Assembly: GCA_965113315.1 (NCBI GenBank)
Contig: OZ220367.1
Length of the DNA: 64,000 bases
From: Podarcis vaucheri
Taxonomy: Eukaryota
Direction: 5' to 3' (one strand)
Part shown: piece after piece, positions 46,747 to 58,830 of the stretch
Numbering within the stretch: position 1 is the first letter of the stretch
How the letters are laid out: every line of letters starts with the position of its first letter
The notes under the pieces: generated by a model
Database searches by the model: none
Told to the model about the DNA's origin: nothing
The model's input: the letters and a program-made list of their open reading frames with translations, nothing else
Made by a program: the position numbers and the translations under genes

Positions 46747-47040
46747 TATTAAGATAAAGAATACTGTATGGCAGTGCACTTTCCTGGATGAACTCAGTTT
46801 AATAAAGCTGACCACATCATGAGTTAGCTTTTTTACACTAGGAGCCCAGAGAATCTATATCCCCAGTCCCTCAAAATGTTTATTTACATGCTCATGCAAT
46901 AACTAGCACTCCTTGGAACTTTTTGGTAATTCATCATGACTGGACAATCATTAGACAGACACTAACTGAAGGCACTCGTCTTTGTTGAAGCTAAACTGCA
47001 AGTGAACACATTTCAAATATTGCTTTTTCTTCTTTTTTAC

Positions 47041-47213
47041 CGTTTCAAATCTGTGAGATACTTGAGAAAGTCTGGCAATATCTTCAAGATCCAAATAGGA
47101 CATGATGTACAAAAGCAATGGATCAGGAAGACGCACTAAGAAATCATAATTCCCCCGGCACATGTTGAAGATATGATCCAGAGTATCTGCTCCAAACACG
47201 ATGGCTATTTGAA
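47041..47213 (-). CDS. FBXO36: FBXO36 exon 3 (most of the F-box)
   Basis: ACAG|TT CAA..: (I)QIAIVFGADTLDHIFNMCRGNYDFLVRLPDPLLLYIMSYLDLEDIARLSQVSHRFET; 173 nt; F-box pattern LxxLPxxLLxxIxSYLxxxDxxxLxxVSxRF. Confidence 0.95.
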
Positions 47214-47292
47214 CTGTGTTAAAAAACAAAAAACAAGACTTATACTATGTTCCAAAGGATCAACCATTCTTCTAAATGTACTGCTAAATATA

Positions 47293-47592
47293 GTCAAAAT
47301 AAAAAAATTCCTTCCAGTAGCACCTTAAAGACCAACTAAGTTAGTTCTTGGTATGAGCTTTCGTGTGCATGCACACTTCTTCAGATACACTGAAACAGAA
47401 GTTGCCAGATCCTTCTATATAGTGAGAAGGTGGGGAGGGGTATTACTCAGAAGGGTGGTGCGAATAGGAGATTGGCAGATAGCTGAGATGAGCCTGTTGA
47501 CGACTCTTAACGACTGTAATAGGTCTTACAGGAAAAGGCAAGGGGTGAAAAGGTGAGAAATGGCTTAGTTATGTATAATGGGATAAGAATCC
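47293..47592 (-). mobile_element. Penelope-like element 3'/pLTR fragment
   Basis: CCAGTAGCACCTTAAAGACCAACTAAG..GAGCTTTCGTGTGCATGCACACTTCTTCAGATAC block homologous to 46545-46696. Confidence 0.85.
47351..47388 (-). ncRNA. Minimal type-I hammerhead ribozyme motif (Penelope-associated)
   Basis: Minus strand GUAU-CUGAAGA-A-GUGUGC AU GCACAC-GAAA-GC-UC-AUAC: both catalytic boxes, stem II hairpin, stem I GUAU/AUAC and a vestigial palindromic stem III. Confidence 0.65.
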
Positions 47593-48202
47593 GGCAAGAA
47601 CCTTGGGGCAGAGCCTGCCGGCATGCCGGCAAGAACCTTGGGGCAGAGCCAGTGGTAGGTGGAATCAAAGACCATATTGGGCAGGACTAAAATAAAAAAT
47701 GGGTGTGGCGTCCCTCTTTCTCTCTTACCCACCCACCTTTTTCTGTTTTGTACTGTCCTTGCCAGCAAAGGGGGGGGCATTATTATTATACGATATAATA
47801 CACACGAACAGGGAATCTTTTTTAGACTGAAGGCCAATTTTCTCATTGCCAACACTGGAACCATAAACCATGGTTGGTGCACCCTGTTTTGCTACTAGAG
47901 TTGAAGCAGGAAGTTGCTGCCCCAATGAAGTCTCCTTTACCTGGGTTGTGTGGCAGCACCTGCAAAGTGGCAGAAGCAGGTTGTGGTTGGATCTCATGAG
48001 ATCTTGCAGAGAACTCACAGAAGGTGTGAGATCTCGCCGGAAGCTGCCGCTGCTGCCTCTGGCACTTCTCTGCTGTTGGAAGAGGCAGCAGGGTGGGCCT
48101 TTGAGGGTGCATCCTCTTGGCATTCTACCACCCAAGGTGGTTGCCTCAGCCTGCCTCATGGATGGGCCAACCCATGCACACAAATTCACATGTACACACT
48201 TC

Positions 48203-48708
48203 TTGTTGTTTAGTCGTTTAGTCGTGTCCAACTCTTCGTGACCCCATGGACCAGAGCACGCCAGGCACTTCTGTCTTCCACTGCCTCCCGCAGTTTTTGG
48301 TCAGACTCATGTTGGTAGCTTTGAGAACACTGTCCAACCATCTCGTCCTCTGTCGTCCCCTTCTCCTTGTGCCCTCAAGCTTTCCCAACATCAGGGTCTT
48401 TTCCAGGGAGTCTTCTCTTCTCATGAGGTGGCCAAAGTATTGCAGCCTTAGCTTCAGAATCTGTCCTTCCAGATCCTGGACTCAGGGCTGATTTCCTTCA
48501 GAATGGATAGGTTTGATCTTCTTGCAGTCCATAGGACTCTCAAGAGTCTCCTCCAGCACCATAATTCAAAAGCATCAATTCTTTGGCGATCAGCCTTCTT
48601 TATGGTCCAGCTCTCACTTCCATACATCACTACTGGGAAAACCATAGCTTTAACTATACAGGCCTTTGTTGGCAAGGTGATGTCTCTGCTTTTTAAGATG
48701 CTGTCTAG
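48203..48708 (-). mobile_element. BovB (RTE) LINE 3' fragment
   Basis: LDSILKSRDITLPTKACIVKAMVFPVVMYGSESWT..MRREDSLEKTLMLGK; (CAA)n tail; GTACACAC flanking duplication. Confidence 0.95.
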
Positions 48709-50480
48709 TACACACACAGCAATTATTTTTGAAAAAAGCCTTCTATGGAGCCAAAAGCCTCCTATTGGACGGAAAAGCCCATGGGTTGAATCCAGCTAAG
48801 ATAATATCCATTTAGAGATCCAGCCCAGTTTGAGATTCAAGGATACAGTGCAACTCACAGAGTTTAATCCACCAGTAACCTATCTTTCTTATGCATAGGA
48901 TTGCACTCTATGGTACAAAATTTGTTCATATGATCAATTTTTCCAAGATTATCTTTATTATAAATAGTTTAATCATCTGGTTGCTATCTTAAAGCTGCCA
49001 TCGTAAGATACCTGGATGAATAGCAATTGGTCAGGCTAAAGGTTCCCTTCTTCTGATGGAAGGACTCCTTCTGCTGAGGAGGAAGGATGCACCCCTTTTA
49101 AAATATATTTTGCACTAACTTACTGAAAACACACCAGTATATCAAATTAAAACCACAAACAAAACACACAGCTGCCTAAATGTTACTAGAATGCTGACGT
49201 GTAGAGAATCACGAATTTCCCAAGGCTTGTAGGCAGATTATCAAATGCAAAATCAAATTAAATAGCATGACAATGCCCTGAAACCAGGCATAAATTGGCA
49301 AGTGCATGACTGCTGCTGAACTTGGTTGCTTCTCTCTGTGTGATGTTTAAATGCTATGATGAGCATTTAAAAACCATTATCAGTTCCTGATTATTTAAAA
49401 TGGTTTGTATCATAAGCTTTCTACTAACAGCTGGAAGTACCTACGTAGGATAATGACTGGCTTAATGTTTTACTGACAAAATTAATTTATTTTATTTTAT
49501 CTTTCCTTGAGGAACAAACATTTTACAACAGCGCATTTGGGAACGTCTTCTTGCATTATAAGACACATAAAAACTATATCATGTATACCAACTACTGAGA
49601 GGCAAGTCAAATGTTAATTAATAACTTTAAAAACTAGAGATAAAATTAGCTAAATGGTTATGGAATGTTGTATATTCAGTACTTTGTGCCACAGAGTTGG
49701 AATAAAATCTTCATCTATCAACAGCTCATGTAAATACTATCTCCAGCTCCATTTATTAACCCTGTCATAACCTTGTTCACAAATCCATAAATTCCCTTCT
49801 CAGTTTCCACAGATATTTAGACATAAAGCTTCCTAAGCTGGGAGAGATTCAAAAGAAATAGAAAAAAGCAGGGCTGGTTAATTTTTTATTCAGAACCTTA
49901 ATTCATGGCTGTGGCCTTCTGTCAACTGTACAACATGGACAAAGGTAATTCTATGGCAGGATCTGATGGGATGCAGTGAATTTCTGGCTGAGCTGGGAGC
50001 TTCCCACCACAGTTGAGTTCAGCCAAAAGTATGCCAGTATAACTTGCCTATTCTGGATCAGCTGGGGCTCAGCCAGCTGAGCCAAGGCCAGTGTAAGTTC
50101 CCAAGAAGGGGTGGGGGCTTAAGCTGGATCCTAACTGTCAGCTCAGTCATGTGACTTGACAAAAAGGGTAGTTTAAGTCAAACTCTATCCTGTAATCTTA
50201 TTTTCCTTCTGACAGGCTATGGCTGGCTCACCTGGCCATAGTCTTGCTCCTGAAAGGAGTTTGGTTCCGGTGTAAATTTATACCAGATTGATTTATGCCA
50301 GCTTCTTGAGCATACACTTGCTCCCTAAGGCACGGCTTGCAAGGAATGGTATTTTCTGAAGAAGCCTCCTGTCAGACTGGTTTCAGAAAAACCTTCGGAC
50401 CTCACTACTCCCTGTTGCCTTGTGCCTTCTGCTCTTTCCAGTCTAGTCTATTTCCTGGACTACTACTCCTGCTGGCTATA

Positions 50481-50738
50481 CAGTGGTACCTTGGGTTAAG
50501 TACTTAATTATTTCCGGAGGTCCATTTTTAACCTGAAACTGTTCTTAACCTGAAACACCACTTTAGCTAATGGGGCCTCCTGCTGCTGCCGCACTGCTGG
50601 AGCACGATTTCTGTTCTCATCCTGAAGCAAAGTTCTTAACCTGAGGTACTATTTCTGGGTTAGCAGAGTCTGTAACCTGAAGCGTATGTAACCTGAAGCG
50701 TATGTAACCTGAAGCGTATGTAACCCAAGGTACCACTG
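50481..50738. mobile_element. Tigger-like MITE, family A
   Basis: TIRs CAGTGGTACCTTGGGTTA / TAACCCAAGGTACCACTG, TA TSD; expanded 17-bp GTAACCTGAAGCGTAT-type sub-terminal repeats. Confidence 0.9.
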
Positions 50739-52459
50739 TATATCCATATCCCAATCCATTTTCTGAACTCATCATACATATCTCAGTTCTGCTGGAGAAA
50801 TCTTTTGGCAGTTGACTCCAGATTGATCCCCACAGAAGCCTCTCTGTCAAACTGTGTGGAGTGATCATGCCGACTATGATCATTTCTCCCTAAACTGTGT
50901 CCGGACTGAATTTCTGTTAGATTTTCTGCCTGTAGTTCATTACTGCAAGGAGGCAACACAGAAAAAACATGTCTAATTATTTGCGGTTGCAAGATATATA
51001 TTTTCAAGCTAAGGCCTGATTTGTCACAGGATAGTTGTGCTACAGATTCCTGAAACCAAACCAAGTCCCTGCTCTCTTCTGCTGCCTTCCAGAACCCATA
51101 CTCCTGCCTTGTTGTACAGGATGAGGCCACTTGCGTCATTGCTGCCTTTGGAACCTGCCCTGGCCTACACTTCCTACTTCTGGCTGGTGACCTGTGCCTG
51201 CCTTGGACTGCTCTACTGCCTTTAGCTTCCTCAATTGGCAACCAATACTTCCAGACAGCCTGAAAGCTGATTGCTTTGGGAGTGGGGTCTTACCCAATTA
51301 GGCTCTAAAGTACTCCTTCCTTCCTGACCAGTGAGTTTCTGTTGCCTGCTCATGACTTAATACACATCAAACAAGACTACCCTAAAGCACAGGACACAGG
51401 AGAGTGGATTATGAGGCTGCCTTACACTGAACCAGACTGTTTTCAACACAGCACTGTCTATTCCAATCAGCAGCAGAAAGCCAAGGGCTCACATAAGAAG
51501 CCTGTTTTAGCCCTGCTACCTGATCCTTTCAGCTGAAGATGCCAGGATTTAAACCGGGAATCTTTTGAATGCAAAGCACAGTCTCTAGTGCTATAGGTGC
51601 TATCCGAAAAAATATTCTGTATGGCACAAATGCCCCAAAGGTTGGTCCATAATGATCTATCTATCCCAATTACTTGAATAGCTGTCAGATATTGTTATCT
51701 TAAACATTTATATGTTCGCCTTTACCAATGACTGCAACGCAGTTTACAAAAATGAAAAGCAAATGGAAGGAATAAAGAGCAATTAATAGCGAAAAAATTT
51801 AAAGTCAATAAAAATGTTTTAAAATGCCCGAAATAATGGTTTTCCTGGTACTGAAAGAATATACAAGTTGATGTCAGGTATATCTCCCTAGGGAGGGCAG
51901 TCTGTAACTACCCTCTCTCTTGTAGATGTAAGCCTCACTTCTGATGGAGGCGGTATTCGTAGGTCTCTGTCCGATGACCTTTGTGTAAAAACAGGTGAAG
52001 TTCTATGTGCAGACTCACCATACATATGGTAGAACTATTCCAAAATGATTCATTACAGTGGAAGGGTAAATCTGATATGATTTTGAATATAATGCTGGGT
52101 TGCAACATGCAGTTAACTTCCTTAGTAGCGATTACCGGTTTTATCAGTAATTTTAACACTGAGGGTTAAAAATGTAAAATTAGAAACAACACTAAACTCA
52201 CTTTCCTAAACCAAAAGTATAGTGCTAACTTGAACACACATAACGTTCAAATGCAGTATACAAACTGGTGTGGTTCCTATGTAACACTAAGCCATCATTT
52301 GCTGAACAAGTCGGGATTTGGCTGACATATGTTCAAACAACAGCTTGTCTTGTATGGTTTTTAGTTTGCTGCCCCACCCTCCTTTGCATATGAAAGAACA
52401 GGCTTGTAGCATGGGTGTGTTACTGGATCTATCTGTCACTAGAGGTCTGGGTGACATCA

Positions 52460-52770
52460 GTTGCTAGGATTGCTTTTTACCAGCTTCAGCTGGTGAGGTA
52501 ATCAATGGCTGTTTCTGGATGGGGATAGCTTGATCATTGCCATCCACACACTTGTAACAACTGGATTGGATGACTGCAAAGTGCTCTATGTGAGCTTAAT
52601 CTGAAAGCTACTAGTTCAGAATGTGGCAGCTCATCTGCTCACTGGGGCAGAATATTGCCATCGTGGTATGTTACTATTGACAGAATTGTACTGGCTGCCC
52701 ATTCAAGGTGTTGGTATTGGATTGCAAACCCTATTTGGCTTGGGACCAGGAGACCATCTTGGCTGTGAGT
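52460..52770 (+). mobile_element. Highly decayed L2 fragment
   Basis: Remnants AAHLLTG and ELYWLPI in translation, plus an LDxCxxLY-like stretch upstream. Confidence 0.55.
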
Positions 52771-54863
52771 CCTGGAAGACCTGCTCCTTGCCTTGCAAGC
52801 CTTTTTTCACCTGGTCTGAGAGGGTGGGGCCCTCACTGACTCCAGCTACAAAAGCTGAGGCTGTTGAAGAGAGCAGATATCATCTTGGCTGCCTCTTAGT
52901 GCAGTCCGAGGTCATTGAGCCTGAGCTTCCACAACTGCCGTCCACCATGAACTGCCATCCACCATTGGTGGCAGCAACAGCAGGTTTGTTCTATGCTTAT
53001 GATAATATGCTATTTTCTTGTTAATTATGCAGTTTTAAATGTGCATTTTATATTTGACTTCTTTTAGTACTGTCTTCTTTTGAAATGTTTAAGATAATAT
53101 TTTGTTTCCTGTTAATTATGTTGCTTTGCTTGTATACTTTATATTTGACTTTCTTTAGTAATGTTTTATTCTGGATTATTTTATTTGGTGTTTTTGATAT
53201 GTTGAATGGGGAGTTGTAGTCGCCGGCGGTTCCGAGGGGAACAAACCAATCACATTCTCTTCCTCTTTCTCCTTGTAATGGCCAGTTCCAGGAAGTAGGT
53301 GTTGTTGAAGATGACTGTCAGTTTCCCAAGATCCCAGCGCCAACCACTCCAGGAAATACCATAAATACACAGGCTGTTACCCCGCTAGGCCTTCGGTTCA
53401 GGATCATTGGATCAACAATGATGAGGAACATGGGTGCGACAGGGAATGCTTCCCAGCTCTTCTTAGTGTTTTTATCACTCCTGATTGGGCTCCCTGTTGT
53501 GGTAGCTATGGATACGGGCGATGCATCCTGATTCTGTTTCTCAGTTGCATTGGATTATGTTCCTGCCTGAGCTTATATGCAAGAAAAGGCAATGGAAAAC
53601 TATGATGGAAGAAAAAGATGTCTCTGTCAAGCATAGCTACCTTGTTTTATGAGTTTCTGGCTGTTTCCAGTACTGGAGCACAACTCATCAAATCCTTATT
53701 GCCATGCCGTGTTCAGGAGTAAGGACTGTGCCGGACTGGAAGATTTTGGAGAATTGCACCCTACACTCATAGGAATATTTCTTGGGATTAAGATGCTGCC
53801 TTAATGGGGAAGTCTTCGTTTTGATTGAATAGGGAATATTAACATGTTACACAAGCTTTGTTGAAGCACAATTATGGCTTTTTTCTGGTATGCTTCCTTT
53901 TCTTAATTTCAGTAGAACTTGCATGAAAGTTCCTGATAGATCAGGGGACGATGTTGAAATGACCAAATATTTTCTATATATCTTTTTTTAACTATGATGT
54001 TTTATTGTTCGCAGCGTCATGTTCAGTATTTTAAAGATACTAACTATGGTGGAAGCTTTCGGTATTCTAAAGGTGTTAAACAAGGTGAAGGGTCGCTGAT
54101 AACTCAATCAGATGATGGATGTAACTAAATCAATAAACTTTGTGAGTTGTATGGTATAAATGGCAGCATGCAAGCTTCCTTAGTTTGTGTGCTTAATTCT
54201 TCAGGGATTGAGGACAAAGTCTGTCTGAATTTAGTCATAACCTGACTGAATCCAGTATGAAAGAAAGAATGAGAGAGAGAGAGAAATAAAGAAAGAGAAA
54301 GAGAAAGAGAGAAAGAAAGCTGTTGTAAACCACTTTGAGATTTTTTCTTTAAAATATAAACTGGTACAGAAATGAAATGCATAGTAATACCTAAAAGAAT
54401 GTCTCATCACATATATACCCAAATGAACATTGTACTCTGCAGGAATCATAGAACTGTAGGGTTAGAAGGGACGCCCAAGGGGAAACTGAACTTTCAAAAA
54501 ACTAGGGACATGCACCTGCACAAGTTGAGGGCAATTTTTCATTGGGTTTCCACCAAAACCAGTATATGTGTGGTTCAAAATCACTCCATATGAAGTTAAA
54601 AGAAGGTATCAATTCCATCCCCAAATTAGTGTTTCTTCTCAAATCCTCAAAAGTAAAAAAAAAAAATCTTGATATAAGAAAGCCAAATAATAGCACTGTT
54701 GTTGTCATCTTTTATAAGGAAACTAGTGCAGTTTCTATCATCTGAAATGTTGCTGTGACAGATCACCTTTAAATATGCTATTAATCTAGGTCTCATGCAA
54801 ACATGAATACAGATGATGGATTGGAACATACATCAGACTAAAGCTATACTTTTAGTATCTTAC

Positions 54864-54972
54864 TTTGGAGAGAAGGGTCATCCAAGAAGTCTTCATGAGT
54901 TTCTCTAAGTTCTCCAGGCCTTGCTTCACGAAATTCACTCCGAAGAGAAATTTTCCACCACCTGAAAATTAC
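54864..54972 (-). CDS. FBXO36: FBXO36 exon 2
   Basis: TTTATAG|GTA ATT..: VIFRWWKISLRSEFREARPGELRETHEDFLDDPSLQ + A|GTAAGA; 109 nt, phase fits exon 3. Not in the ORF track. Confidence 0.95.
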
Positions 54973-55254
54973 CTATAAATGAAAATTTTGAGAAATCTTA
55001 GCTGGTGGGTTTTTTTTGGTTATTAATGTTGTACAGCCACTTTGATTTTTTGTGTGTGAAATCACACTGTATAATGGTATTATAATAAATAAAATAAGTA
55101 AGTGGCCTCTGTGGCAAATAAAAGCTTGCACCAATTACGAATCTTGCTGGAGAGAGATACCATAGCCTCAAGTCATCAATGCTCTGCTAACTTCTAGACA
55201 AGATCATTTTAATGCCACAAGGTTGCCTTTGAAAATGGTTCAGAAATTGCAGTA

Positions 55255-55596
55255 CAGTGGTGCCTCGCAAGACGAAAAGAATCCGTTCTGTGATTCTCTT
55301 CGTCTAGCGGTTTTTTCCGTCTTGCGAAGCAAGCCCATTGAAGGATTAGCGGATTAGCGCTATTAGCGGCTTTTAGAGGCTTTTAGCGGCTTATCTGCTG
55401 ATCGGATCAGCTGATAAGCGGCTTAGCGGCTTAGAAAAAGGGGGGAAGGGAAAAAACCAGCAGGAACTCGCAACACATTGTCGTCTTGCAAAGCAAGCCC
55501 GTAGGATTCATTTTGCGAAGCGCCTCCAAAACGGAAAACTCTTTCGTCTAGCGAGTTTTCCGTCTTGCGAGGCATTCGTCTTGCGGGGCACCACTG
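55255..55596. mobile_element. Tigger-like MITE, family B, inserted in an old L2 fragment (about 55140-55930)
   Basis: TIRs CAGTGGTGCCTCGCAAG / CTTGCGGGGCACCACTG, TA TSD; flanks read LPLKMVQKLQ and EALHHLGQRYL. Confidence 0.9.
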
Positions 55597-57267
55597 TAAA
55601 TATGCTCACAGCTGTCTTATGCACTAATGGGAACAAAGTATTGAGGACACATCATGCCAGTGCTAAAATGCCTGTATTGGCTCCCAGTATGTTTCAGAAC
55701 CTAATTGAAATTGCTTGTGTTTACCTTGAAGCTCTTCACCATTTAGGACAACGGTACTTGACAAATCACTTTTCTGCATATGAGCCTACCTGTGTGCTGA
55801 AATCATCTTCAGGTGCCTCTTCCTGGTCTGTCAGCTGCCAGTTATAGTGAACGGCAATGAGGTAAATTACCATTTTAGTGAGAGAGAGGCTAATCTAACA
55901 CTTATTTTGGTTCCAGGTGAACCAAATGCATCCAAAGATTTTCTCAGGCATTTTAACATTAATATTCTGTGGTGATTTTTATGCTACTCTGCCATCTGCT
56001 GTTTCAGATCTCATTGCCGTTTTCTTGGATATATTTTTTGTTTTCTACTATAATTTTTCTATTTTTAGTGTAACGTCTGCCTAGAAAAGTTTGCTTGAAC
56101 TGGAACTTCTAGCAAACAACTAAAAAAATGAACAAAAAAGAAGAAAGAAATCGAAATTTACTCCAGTGACGATAAAAGTAAAAAAAGACAGTAGCAAACA
56201 CCAGAAAAAAGAAAGAAGCAGGAAAAAATTATTACAAACCGAGGGTACTAAAGATATCTTCACCTATTGCTAACAATGAAATTTGTGCAGAATGAGTAAT
56301 CTAGGGGAAAGCATCAAAACAGGACACCATCAGCTCCAATGCCAAAAATTGTGGTACTGTCCCCATATTTAGAACATCCTTATTGTGGAAAAAGCTTATC
56401 AAGCTTTCTATCTATTCCTCAGCTACATGGAGGGCCAGAAATTCTAGAAATGTAGCTGTAAGCTAATTTATGAAAAGGATCATGATGGAGAAATAGAAGA
56501 TTGCTTGTCCTTCACCCATATATGCACCTCTTTGGTAACAATTAAAACCACAAAAGCCTTTTAAGAGAATGTAAATCAATTTACTAGAGGATGAGCATGC
56601 ATTTACAGTATTTTTCTTTCTCTTTTTATTGTTATTATTAAAGGAAATTTCACTGCAGAGACAAACATATAATAATAAATTTCATACCTCCCACAATATG
56701 TAAACACTGGCATGTTTACTTTTTCAGTTAAATTGTACTTTTTGGGACGGAATGGCTCACTCATTAATGCAACAAAATTAGTTCCTGGGATATCAATTTA
56801 TGCATCAATTTATGCATCAATTAATTTTCCTGAAGGATAAGCTAGGAATAAACCCAAAAGGGCATTGTTTATTTCCTTCTCAATATCCATAATGAAAAAT
56901 ACAGAGGGGGTCTGATGGTAGCTTAAGAGCCAACAACTTTACGGCTCACCATATGCTTTTACACGCCAGAGTCCACTTGATAAGATTTGGAAATTGTTAC
57001 TCTCAGGTGGTGGACAGAGATGACTAATTAGATGCTTATTATGGGACCTACTGAAAAAGATCCCCTCCCCTCGGGATTACTAAATTGCCTTGTGATGTTT
57101 TGGCATAGGTCTGTGTAATGCCATGTGGGGACTGTAGTGCAGGGTCTAGCGGTCAAGCAGCGACATGTTGTCATGTGTTCTGGTACCCATGTCCTTGGTT
57201 GGTTGGTGGAATGTGGTGGTAAAGGAAACATCAGCACCTCTAGCCACATCAGTGGTAGCAGTCTTTT

Positions 57268-57604
57268 ACCCCTGACCGCTAGGTCCAGTCGCGAATGACT
57301 CTGGGGTTGCGGTGCTCATCTTGCTTTACTGGCCAAGGGAGGCGGCGTTTGTCTGCAGACACCTTCCGGGTCATATGGCCAGCATGACTAAGCCGCTTCT
57401 GGCAAAACCAGAGCAGCACACGGAAACGCTGTTTACCTTCCCGCCGGAGCGGTACCTATTTATCTACTTGCACTTTGACGTGCTTTTGAACTGCTAGATG
57501 GGCAGGAGCTGGGACCAAACAACGGGAGCTCACCCCGTTGCTGGGATTCGAACCGCCAACCTTCTGATTGGCAAGCCCTAGGCTCTGTGGTTTAGACCAC
57601 AGCA
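57268..57604 (-). mobile_element. Sauria SINE
   Basis: High similarity to the other copies; both ends are clipped. Confidence 0.88.
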
Positions 57605-57878
57605 CTATATGGTAGGCAGCTGTATTGTGTTTCAATACCACACATTCTCCACTTCTGCTCAGGTTTTCCTTGATATGTGGATGTAGAGTCTGATGTTGGA
57701 AAGTGACAGCACAGGTTCCTGATAGAAACAGGAGTTGCAGGGACACATCTTTATGACTCATAGGCTGGGAAACCTGCCACCTCCCACAGTTGGGATTACT
57801 ATCAGTGTACACAGCTGTCAGGAAGAATGGACAATTTCTAACTGAAAATGAATAAGGGGTTAAATTGATCAGGTTGTT

Positions 57879-58006
57879 CTTCCTAATATCTCAACAAATG
57901 AAACCGATTTGTCAAAAAAAAAAGCGTTGGGGGGGGAATACGAGAGACATTGCACATACCTTTGTAAATAAAAAAAATCTTTAATAAAAATACATTTTTA
58001 AAAAAC
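57879..58006 (+). mobile_element. Short polyadenylated retro-insertion (L1-type 3' end)
   Basis: 13-bp TSD TGATCAGGTTGTT (57866-57878, 58007-58019); AATAAA followed by an A-rich tail. Confidence 0.65.
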
Positions 58007-58169
58007 TGATCAGGTTGTTAACAGGTGCCAGCAACAGCTACTGGCCTTGCTGGCCTGTTCTGAGGAATGCTGAACATGCAGGCACAAAAGCAGAATATCA
58101 GTTTGAAACACGTCATACAAAATATGGCCAGAGCATTCCACTCACATAAAAATTAAATGCATTTTTGAT

Positions 58170-58830
58170 TTTTGCTGAATTTTATTAACCTTATTATTAA
58201 TATCAAAACTTACAAATATAATCAAAGGGAAATATTAATCATAACACAACCTTTTTTTGCAGATGCAATATTCAAAAGAGCATTCTTTCTAATAGTTCTT
58301 CCGTAACTCTTTATATGGTTTTCTTTTCTTTTGGTCCTTCTTAAAATTTAACTCCTAATGCTATCAAATCAGTATCTTCTCTTAAACAGGATTTTCCTTA
58401 CCATATTTTTTTTTTAAATCTCAGAACAATTCATTTTGCACTGTTTTCATCCCTCCCTATTTTTTTTAAAATCCAGTAAATTAGTTTCACAGATTTAATC
58501 AATATCCAGCACTTTATTTCCCTATCCATTATTCCAGGTACTTCATTTCTCTTCAAATACTGAATGCCACAAAACCTTTGCTGCTGTCAATAAATAATAA
58601 ATTAATTCCATTTCTTCTTCTGAAATTTTTCCTTCCATGCAAACCTCTAACAGGGTATAATAGTACTTCCGCATTCATTACATCTTTAGTCTTTGTTAAT
58701 ATCCATGCCCAAAATTTCTGTATGCTCGGATAATCCACCATATATGGAACATATCTGTTTTATAATATCTGAATTCCCAGCATTCAGCTTTTTCTTCGGG
58801 ATTAATCTTTTAAAATCTACCTAGTTTTAT
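58170..58830 (-). mobile_element. Decayed L1/Tx1-clade LINE 3' fragment
   Basis: Minus-strand remnants CWE..DMFHIWW and QKFWAWI..AEVLL resemble the ORF2 C-terminal CCHC region; T-rich plus strand. Confidence 0.5.
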
